From Yuukianura sp. NJ FZ-2021 (taxonomy: Eukaryota), in assembly GCA_046563655.1 (NCBI GenBank), contig CM102283.1, positions 6,944,001-7,008,000 of the forward strand: a DNA stretch of 64,000 nt. The letters run 5' to 3'. The translations under genes and the position numbers were made by a program. The notes under the pieces were generated by a model. It searched no databases. It was not told where the DNA came from and saw nothing but the letters and a program-made list of their open reading frames with translations. Of the stretch, positions 7,911 through 18,300 are shown piece by piece. Every line of letters begins with the position of its first letter. The stretch's first letter is position 1.

Positions 7911-10876
7911 ATGAACGGAATTTCCAGAAAAACTTTCCAAGGTGCAATCCATAGCAGTACTGGTAACTCGCCGCCAAACGAAAGCGAGATACTGAAGCCA
8001 TCCGAGACAGGTATTCACTTGGTTACTGACATCGTTCAGGAGAGTTTTTGTCCTGAAAAGTAAGTCGTCATTAAGTCGAATTTTTTGAATTTTGCTGCTT
8101 CTCTATTTGGTTGGTTATGCAGCGTTTTTGAAATGAATATTTTGTCTGAATTATAGTGCTACATTTCAGTTACAAGTTGTTGACAAGCGGGAATTGAGAA
8201 ACAACGCTTTTGAGTTTACGTTCAAACAAGGAAATGAAACTGTACGTGGAATATCATTCGGAAACAACGGTGGACCAGCGAACAACAATTTATTACAAGT
8301 TTGAATTCAGTTTAATTAACAATTTTTGGAACTATAATTTTCAAAATAAGCATATGTACGTTAATTCCAGACGGGGTACACATATCATGTCAAGGCTTTG
8401 TATGGAAAAATTGAGATCCGTTTACGCAACGAACTGTATCCGCAACCATCCTTTACGTCTAAATATGAGCTACGGCTTCCGGAGCTCTATAGACTTTCAG
8501 CCACGAAGGATAAATCGCCGGAAGATTCCAAATCAATACTGAATACCATAAGCGAACGTAAGTTTAGTTTTTCTAATTTTGTCACAAACGTCCATTCACA
8601 ATAAGCTGGCAATTGATTGGTGCAGTAGATGTGAAACGGTATTATTGCAGTGAACCAATTGATCGATTCAGCAGGAGAATTTTATCGGCAAGAGAATCTG
8701 ACAAACGTAGCAATTACACACTGTGAATTCCGTCGATACAAAGGCTGCCATATTTGTAAAACTCAGGTGAGTTCGCTCATACAGTAGTACATCACGAGTG
8801 CTTTTATGTTGCGTTTTCTTGTGGATTCATTTTGCTATTGGATTATTTATTTACTTTACACATTTATTAGATTCAAGATCCGATTCATGATAACCAACGC
8901 CTACTTTGTCAAAAATGTCAATGGGGAGGTGGAAACACAATGGAAGACAGAAAATGGGAGATGTTTATGACTCTCAGAGTAAATACCTTTTTATGCAACA
9001 AATTGAACTAAAGCTTTTTAAAGATTTTTATGAACCTAATTTTACCTCATGGGTTCTAGGATTGCTGCTTTACAGATGACGAGGGTAATAGTCTTCAAGG
9101 AGGAATTGCATTTCACGACGAATGCAAAGAAATACTTGCTCATTTTTGTGAGAACTACGATGAAATGTTTGACGAAGACGTGAATGATGTCACCAGAAAA
9201 AATTTAATTGGGGCAAAGGTCGACGTCAGCATTAAAATATACAGAGTAAGAAACAAAATACTTACGTGACATGTGCGAGTTGTAAGTTTAGTTTTGTATT
9301 CTCCCGCCGAACTGTAAATTTTTTTTTTATTTAGCAAAAATATCTTTCTACTGGACAAAGTTCTACCAATGTAAAAATTGTGGTCTCGCGTTTAAAAATT
9401 CTATCACAACCGCCGGCATCTGACAATGGAATTCCTGTTGAAACTGAACCACTACCCTCAGCAAGTAGTGGTCGCAATGGATACGCCACTACGAAACCGT
9501 CAAATTTTGAAGACGTTGAGCAAGCAGATGAAGAGTGTGCTGGAGAGGCCGATTATAATGTCACTCATGACTCGCATTCTACAAGAACTGTTACACCGCG
9601 TCACCAACATCGTACTGTTTTTGTTCAATCTGGAACGAATTCAGTCAGCATCGGACAACCGGACCAATCCCTCCAATCGGATTCCGATTCACCGTCGGAT
9701 CTTGAACCACATAAACCAAAACAAAATTACGACATGAAGACATTTCCTGACATTGATGAGTTGGAAGAGGGCGTGGATTTTGTAATACTTGTTGTAACTA
9801 AATAATTTATAATTTTGATTACGCCTGACATCATTTTGTTGATTGAGTCTTTAACTATTTGCAGAACCAGACTTTTCACCTCGAAAGGTGTGGCGTAATG
9901 ATTCTAAATATTTTTACAACTGAAGTTGATGGGAAAATCCATGAAAGGCCCGGTTCGGAAAAAGACGTCGAAAACCTGGAACAATTATTTCGGAATACAC
10001 TTGATGTTCGGTTTTTTAAAACATTTAAAAACGTCAAATCAACCGTAAGTAACTCACATTTTCTTGTCGAAGAAATAATTCTTTTTCTTATTGCTTTTTG
10101 ATTCCACTATTATCTGAACTCTTTCTAGCGTTTATCTAAGCGCCTGAAGGACTTCGAAAATTTTTTAAAAGAGATAAACGCCGACAGTATGATGTTGTTC
10201 TTCTCGTGTCACGGAACGCAGAATTCCATTATCATGTCCGATGGAGTACGCATCAACATTTACACCATATTGGCACGCTATTCAGATGACGTCTTTCCAC
10301 AATTGGCTGGGAAACCGAAGATGTTTTTTGACCTCAGTTGTCAAAAGTTCGACCGAAAAATTAATAGTAAATGCAACGGATTCCTAGTATCACAGTACTC
10401 CGCCACGTTGATTTCTCTCGCGCAGCTGTCTGGAAACGTAGTCAAGCGCTGGCCTGATATAGGGACTCCATTTGTGCATTACTTTTGTGAAGTTGTCCGG
10501 AAACATTCCGATGAGAAAGACGTGATGCAACTCCTTAATCTTACAAGTCGCGGCGTAAGAAAAAACAAACACAACGGAAGTGTAAACTGCAATGCTCATA
10601 AGTAAATCTAAATTTTTTTATGAACAACGAACTTAGGTGCAGCAGCTATGCAAAGAAATTCGTGAACAGAATCCTGAATTGAGGGGAACAGTGCCAAATC
10701 AAGTACCACAAGTGCAGACGATTGATTTCCATACAAAATATTATTTCAAAAAGCGTCATAAGTATACATCGGATTCTTTCTTTCCAAAGATCGCACAAAT
10801 CTTTCTTTCATTTCTTACAAAAAACGCCATAAATCTTTTTAAAAGGATTGTGCCTTTCAAAGAAAAATCAGGGTAA
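7911..10876 (+). CDS. Caspase-family (C14) protein with two N-terminal RPA70-like OB folds, the second containing a C4 zinc finger; about 726 aa, 10 coding exons
   Basis: Phase-compatible GT-AG exons: 7911-8059, 8157-8298, 8371-8557, 8651-8766, 8871-8978, 9060-9245, 9335-9781 (donor could be 9793), 9865-10044, 10129-10554, 10637-10876. Caspase motifs: RPGSEKDVENLEQLF, FFSCHG, LAGKPKMFFDLSCQ, KRWPDIGTPFVHYFC, QVPQVQTIDFHTKYYF. The OB-fold call is by eye. Confidence 0.85.
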
Positions 10877-11519
10877 AATATCAACATAATCCAATTTTCT
10901 TTTGCATACGAATTGTAGCCACTCTGTCAATTGTAGTTTCGGGTATCCGGCTTTTCTGTTCCAAAGAGCTTATTTGCAGTTACAATTTTACAACTCTAAT
11001 AATAAAGAATGTCACAATTCGGATTTTTCCTGTAGTTTTTGGCGACTCCTTATCGTGATATGCTTCGTGATTTTGTCCGTTTAGTTTTCCGAAATCTGCT
11101 GTTTTTATTACAACATTTTAAGGCTGCTCGGTAGTACTGTACTATAGTCCAAGTCAAAATTCCGTACAGATTGTTTATTCCAAAATTAGCATTTTTTCTC
11201 ATGGTAACACGAAGACAAAACTAACCACAATGTACCCGTGTCCCATAGCCCGCTGCGGAATTGTAAAGCACTGCAAATTTATAAATTCTGAACTAAGTAC
11301 GAGCTACCAAATTGGAACTAAAACAGAAAAAGTTATTCCTCATCGGTGCTGGTGTCAGATTCCGATGAACTTTCGCCAAGATTAATGATAATCCGTTCTC
11401 GATTCGATTCAGGAAAATCCTCCGCAATTTTTTCAGCATGCATAATCATTTCCTCCAAAGCAATTACGTGACGACAATAGCTTTGCCGGAACTGGTCAAT
11501 TTCAGGTAATTGTAGTATC

Positions 11520-11997
11520 CGTAGCAGGTCATAAGGGCTAAACCAAAAAGGGCTACTCCAATAAGGGCTACTCAATAAGGGCTACTGCAATAAGGGCTAC
11601 TTTCAATAAAGGCTACTCCAATAAGGGCTACTCCAACAAGATCTACTTTGCGATAAAAGCTACTTTAAATTAACATAGATTCCCTGTTATTTTCCCGCGC
11701 CGAAGGCGCGGTGTTAGGTAATTTAATTGACAATAGTGATTAGTGCTTTCAATACCAAAACTTTATGCAAATTACAAATGTTTCTTGATATTTCATGTTA
11801 TATATTTTCTAAAACGATTAAGGTTAAGGTTGTTGGAGGTGTTAAAAAGCGGGAAGATAACAGTTAATTTGCACGAATTACAGTACCCTTTATTGGAAGT
11901 AGCTCTTATCGAAGTCGCCCTTATTGAAAGTAGCCCCTTTTGAAAGTAGCCCTTATTGGAGTAGCCCTTGTTGGTTTAGCCCTTATGACATGGAACC
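11520..11997. mobile_element. Foldback-type MITE with long terminal inverted repeats built from about 16-bp subrepeats (AATAAGGGCTACTYC)
   Basis: Left arm GTCATAAGGGCTAAACCAAAAAGGGCTACTCCAATAAGGGCTAC from 11528 mirrors the right arm ending TAGCCCTTATGAC at 11989. Possible degenerate 8-bp TSD GTAGTATC / ATCGTATC. Confidence 0.85.
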
Positions 11998-12094
11998 ATC
12001 GTATCACTTCCAGAACAATGGGAAGCAGGTCTTTCATTTTAAAAGTTTAATCGTAAAGAACCAAAGAATATTGTCCTTAATCAACTAAAGTTCG

Positions 12095-12473
12095 AATAAA
12101 CCGGTTGTAAACCGCGCATACTGATAATAGCAAAGTAATAGGGCCCCCGAAGGGGGTTTGTTCCCCCACTTTCCCGCCCCCAGGGAGAGTGGGGGTGTTT
12201 CCCCCACTTTTTTGCTCCGCACCCCAGGGAGCGCGGGGGTGCGTTCCGCCACTTTCCGGGGTGTTCACCCACTTTTTTTGCTCCGCACCCCAGGGAGCGC
12301 GGGGTGTGTTCCCCGGGGGAGAGGGGATGTGTTCCCCGGGGGAGAGGGGGTGTGTTCCCCGGGGGAGAGGAAGTGGGTGCCCACTGCCCACCCTCACAAT
12401 CCACGCCCGCCCGGGGGAAAACTGTCTTTTGGCTTGACCTATTTCGTTATGCGCGGTTTACACCCGATTTATT
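12095..12473. mobile_element. MITE-like element with 26-bp imperfect TIRs and a GC-rich internal repeat array
   Basis: AATAAACCGGTTGTAAACCGCGCATA (12095-12120) versus the reverse complement of 12448-12473 (2 mismatches). Internal repeats TGTTCCCCGGGGGAGAGG x3 and GCTCCGCACCCCAGGGAGCGCGGGG x2. No clear TSD. Confidence 0.75.
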
Positions 12474-12937
12474 TATTTTTTAGTGAACGGCGGGTATTAC
12501 TTGGAGGACAGGCAGACGTACAGAGTCTAATGTTTACATAAAGTTTTCATCAGCTGTTTTAACAAAAATCAAACATATGGTCTGTGTTTACAACGAAGTT
12601 GCAGATTTTAATTCTTTTTTCAGTAGTACGTTCAGTTCAAGTTCAACGTTCAACAATATAAAATTACAAACGTCGGCTCCTCTTACCGTCAATCAGGTCG
12701 TACAACCTTTGGTCTTCTTAATTAATAAGGTGAGTGACACTCACTGAGTGAGTTAAAGTCTTTTTTCACAATCACAGACTACGACGACATGTACATGTAT
12801 TCATAATTTAATAGAATAAAGAATGATATTTTTCGATGCACGTTATTGATAATGGTTATTGAATTACACTAATTTACTCTGTCTTGGTTGTTTACATGTA
12901 GTAATCCGACGGAGACGAGTAATCATCATCAGAAGAA

Positions 12938-14711
12938 ATGCAAAACAATATTGTTGAGTACTTCCCGGGAAATGATGGTCACAGATGTGGTTACTGCAAA
13001 TCAACTGATACAAATTTTTCTCATGGTAAATCAGTTTACAACGTTAAGAATAATAATTATTGTTATGCAATTATTGCATAATGGCTGGAACTTAACTGGA
13101 GTGTTTTTTTTTCCACAGGCATATGGGCGCACAGTATAACCCCGAAGGAATACGAAAGTTTGCTGAATAGAGGCTGGCGACGATCCGGAAAGTACTTGTA
13201 CAAGCCCACGAACGATCGAATTTGCTGTCCCTGCTACACAATTAACTGTCATGCTGTTGATTTTCACATTTCTAAATCACAAAAGAAAATTCTGAAGAAG
13301 TTTAACGACTATTTGCTGACTGGGAATCTTAAGGTCCGGACGCATACCTCTGGTAAAATTATTTTCAATTACTTTTTCGTATTAAGGTAAACTGCTGACA
13401 GTTTTTTTTTACACGAACCGGAAGTAAACAACAGTCTAGATGAAAATATGAAGGAAGTGATCGATGTTAAATCTGGAATCGCCGATACTAAGGATTTGGA
13501 TCTCCTAATCCCGGAAAAATCGAAACCTAATGATGACAATGGAAGTCCTCATTTGTCATCGAGGATGGACTCGCCCAAACGTCCCAGGAACGAACTACCA
13601 GAACCTTGCAATACATTGGCCTTTGCCTCCTGTCAAACTTCTCAAGATGGTGGTACTAGAGAAAAGGGCAAGAAGAAGAAATTTCTTCGAATTCAGCGCA
13701 AACTGCAAAAGTTAGCATCCCAAGGACTGAATCCAGATGATGAGATGGCCAAACTGAAGAAGTCTGCTGCTCCAGTTACTAAAACGATCGATGATTTTAT
13801 TGACATCGAGGCACCAACAGCGAAGTATCGATTCGAAATTCGAAAAGTAAAAGTTGGAACTCCAGAATTCACTGCCACGTTTAAATTGGAGCACTCGTTG
13901 TACCAAAAGTATCAAATGACGATTCACAACGACGAAGAAAGTGAATGTACCACTAAACAGTTCCGTAGATTTCTATGTGACAACCCGTTCATTGTAAGTT
14001 AAAAAGCCGACTTTTAGTTACTCCGCTTTTAGTGTTTTCAACTTATCTTAATTGACTTAACATTATCGAATCGCAGGACAATGCCGGAGATGACTCAGGA
14101 TGCTATCATCACCAGTATTACGTCGGTAATCAGTTAATTGCTGTTGGTGTCGTTGATGTTCTACCAACCTGTCTCTCGTCGGTTTACTTCTTCTACGACC
14201 CTGCTTTTTCTGATCTTACTTTGGGTACATTTGGAGCTCTTCGGGAAATCAGTTTCGTTCGTCAACGCGTCAAGACTCATCCGAATTTTCGGTTTTACTA
14301 CATGGGATTCTACATTCACTCATGTACGAAAATGCGGTACAAAGGAAACTACTCGCCATCGTACCTCCTTTGTCCAGAAACTTATCAATGGAAGTTATTA
14401 GACGATAATTTGAGAAAGCAGTTGGACCATACCAAGTACATCGCATTTGTTCGAACCGATTCTTTTCAACACAAGGAAGAGAACATCAATAAGGTAAACA
14501 GCGTTAAACTTTTTCAAATTGGAAACTTTTTTTTTGACTTAGGAAAATTTAAATCATCCAGGTCTCAATTCTCTACCGAAGAAGTATAATGCCTTATGCA
14601 ATCTACGAACTTCAACGTTCCAGAGACGACACCAGTGAAATCCAAGAGTACTGCAACCTCGTTGGGAGTGAAATTGCGCAAACTCTGTGTCTTTACCGGT
14701 CGCTCAACTAA
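12938..14711 (+). CDS. ATE1: Arginyl-tRNA--protein transferase 1 (5 coding exons)
   Basis: Exons about 12938-13025, 13119-13352, about 13425 or 13440-13993, 14077-14493, 14562-14711. Motifs IVEYF..RCGYCK, GWRRSGKYLYKP, CCPCYTI, YQKYQMTIH, FRRFLC, LIAVGVVDVLP, YYMGFYIHSC.KMRYKG. Confidence 0.95.
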
Positions 14712-15331
14712 AATACTCACGCCTCGCTTACTTCGTCTTATCACTGGGCACGTCATAATTTTAACCTTGAAAATTTTAACATTTTAAATTCTAGTTTCAA
14801 CACACACCAGTTTTCATCAATGTATATTGTATAGTCGCAAAATCTTGTGATAAACAACTTAAATTTTTATTTGGCTCCTCCCCTTTTTAGTTCACGCTGT
14901 AGAAATAAACGTCAAAATATTTCAATTCCACAGGGCATGTTTATATTACCACCTAAAGGAACCCGGATTCTAACAAGCATAGATTCTGCCAACGCATTTA
15001 AAACAAGGCAGAAAAAAAAGATGAGCATCTCTTTCATTAGTTTTGCTTTTTCGGTTTTTATAAAGATTTTCTATTTTTAGAGTCTAGCGAGCATCTCTGT
15101 GTGCTAAAACTTTGCTCTAGTTTTTCTGCCTTGCATTTTACGAACGACCGATGTTAGTGCTTCGCAGTCTCTGCGGCATAACTTATACATAGTTCTTTTT
15201 TTAAACATGTCCGACACGTTGGATTTCACTTTTTTTGAAATCTAAACATTCTTTTCTAGGAACTGTTAATTTTTTTGAAAATCGTAAAACTTTTTGTTTT
15301 TTATACTTTTTCCTTTTGTGCTAGTCAAAAA

Positions 15332-18300
15332 ATGGCCAAAGATCCATTGTGTCCACTAGGATTCCATCCGCAGGTTCGATGGCCTACACGCTGCAAACGA
15401 TGCTTTCGGTAAGCCATACTTCAAAATTTTCAAACATTTTTCCAAATCTATCAAAATTTTGTAAAATTTTCTAATTACACAGGGAGTATAAGGAGCACTC
15501 ATCTAAAAAAGACGAACCGACAGAACGTGTTTCGTTTTTGAAAAAAGAGCAAAGCGGTGACATGAGTGACGAAGGTAGCGAATCTTCCGGATCTAGCAAA
15601 AGAGATTACAGTTCGCCTTATTCCTCCATTTCTCCTGCTGCACTAAACAGGTAAATTAACTTAAGTTTTAATTAATTAACAAATTTTTAATACCAAATAA
15701 ACAAGATTTTAAACAAACTTTTATAAATTGGCAGACTCACAAAACTCCGGACGGACGATCCATCAAAGAAATTAGGTTTCGCGGGAGTTGACACTCGGTT
15801 GACACCGCCAGACTTTGGCTCCGCCCTCCGCCGCAACACGACTGACTTATCTGAATTCCTTGAAACGTCTGGAACGTCTGACGTTGTAGCACACCATCTC
15901 AGTCCAACAGATTCATCAGTTACTATTCGACTGCGGAAATCCAATAGTTTCACTGACGACAGTCTCAATAGCAGCAGCGATTTGAAGAGAACTGAAAGTC
16001 CACCAAGACGTGCCGTCACTCCTACACCAATTCCTACTTTTAAATTGACTTCAGAAGATGCGCAGTCGTCTTCACCTTCAGCTTCTCCGAAATCACGGCT
16101 GAAGGAACGCAATGGAGAACGGAAAGCTTCTAGTGACGGATCACGAGAAAATTTAACTGAAGAAGAACTGGTTGCAGCAGCAACTTTGCCTAGGAAAAAA
16201 ACCAAAAGAAAACGATTGTTGATCAAGGGAGTGCAGGAAGTTGTTCCAGATAATTCTTTTGATGGAGGCGACAGTGCGGATGGCGACGGGTCAATGGACA
16301 ACTCCTCTGCTGATGTCGCTTTTATTATTCAGGTAAGCGGGAACAACCTAAAATGGACCACCTTTGAAATAAAATCAATAACTTTATTTTTTCAAAATTT
16401 TGATTTTTTTTTAATCTAGGTGAAAAGTACTAGAAAGCCTAAGCTGAATGATGATGACGAGACTATGAGCATGACAACGGCTACAGATACGACTGACACT
16501 ACGCTGATTGATGTCAACGAGTCGCAAAATGCTAGTGGTTTGTGCTTGTGGGAATTTGAAGAACTGAAGAAAGAAATGGAGAGGCTGAAGGAGAAATGTG
16601 ATAAACTGGAAAAGGAGAAAGCAGATATTCTGTCTAGGAGAGTTGCTAGTTTGGAAGCACCAAAATCACAAGTAAGTATTGTGATGTTCATTATTTATTA
16701 TGTTATTAATAACAATTTTTATTAAATTTTGATACTTTTTCTTATTTTAGTCTGCAGAGTACTTGAAACTACAACAAAAAGTGAATCAATTGACCACCGC
16801 CAATGAAGATCTGAAAGAGGAGCAGAAGCATTTGGAAGTCCGAAATCGGGAACTTGAAAAAGAGTTGTCAGCAAGACCTACCGGAGATTTTTTCCAAGTA
16901 ATCAACTCGTTTTGTTAAAAATTTTGTTTTTGGAAAATTGGTAGTTTTGACCGAATTGGTTTTGATTGATTTCAGAGATGCATTTCCGAACTGCGTTCAA
17001 AACTGGCAAATGCGGAAGCGGATATAGAGAAACTCCATGAAGAGAAACGTGAAACGGAGCAACAGATGAACGAGATGCAAGACGAATTTGAAGAATTACA
17101 AGACAGTTTTCAGGGAGACAAATCCGAAGAATACTCAGCTCTGAAGAAAGAACTCGACGACTCTAACAAGAGTTGCAGAGTTCTTCAATTCAAATTACGA
17201 AAATCCGAGAAGAGAATCGACACTCTGGAGGCAGAGAAGAAGGAACTGGAAACTACAATTGAAAAAACTAAAAATGCTTCTAAGATTATCCAATTAGAAG
17301 AAGAACTGAGCAAGTCCAAGGCTGAAAATGAGAAACTCCAGAAAGAAATCTTCAAGTACAAGAAGAACGATCCACAATTGTCGCCGCGTCTTGGTGGTGC
17401 AGCAGTGAAGAAGAAGAGTCCAGTACTAACTAAAGCTCCCTCTGGAGAATTCGTGGATCCACCAATCAGCAGTGACATGGATCCTCAACAACTTCTTCGT
17501 GACCTCCAGTCAACAGTTGAACGCGAATCGGATTTGCGGGAACAACTAAAGTTTGCTGAGGAGGAAGTAACAAGTCTGCGTCAGAAAGTAATTGAAGTGC
17601 TTAAGTTATAACTAATTAACTAAGCCAGAATGTCATTTATATTTAAATTTGGATTTTTTTTTTAGATGAGTCGAATTGAAGATGAGAATGAATCACTTCT
17701 GATTCAAATCAAGAAAATTTCGACTCCAGGAAAAGCTGGCGTGGAATCTCTTGCTGGAAAAGGAAACTTGAAGCAAGTAAAAGGCGCCGTCTCTTCCGAC
17801 AATTCTGCAGAACTGAAGCTACAACTGGAGCTAAATGAACAAGAGTCTAAGATTTTGAGAAGAAAAGTCGAAGATTTGGAAAAAGCGAATGCTCAACTAT
17901 CCAAAGATTTGCAAATCACTCAAGACAGCTTGGAAACATGTCTGAAAGATGTTACACAATCTGTAACAAAATCCAAAGTCAGGAAAACTTTGAAACATAA
18001 CATTTTTTGCCGAACTTTTCAATTTGCCTTTGGAACTTCTTTTTTCAATTGCAGAACGTCGAAGAAGTCTCGATTCTGCGCAGAAAAATAATCGAAAAGG
18101 AGAGAGAGGTGGAGCGACTGGAAGCGGAATTGCAAACTATGAAAACAAAATCCAAGACAAGCAGACCCAAGTCATTTTATATGTTAAAAATTCATGTTAG
18201 AAAACCATATTCAACTTTATGTGTTTCATGATTTTAGGATTTTGGAACTAGAAGAATCGAAAGCTGAAGTACGGAAACTCACTGAAGAAAATACCAAACT

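Noticed and set aside
12077-12541. Pro/Gly-rich ORFs on both strands
   Set aside because: Translations of the GC-rich MITE interior.
15687-16691. Long antisense ORFs (204 aa and 91 aa) opposite the SOGA-like gene
   Set aside because: Shadow frames of real sense exons with no independent support.
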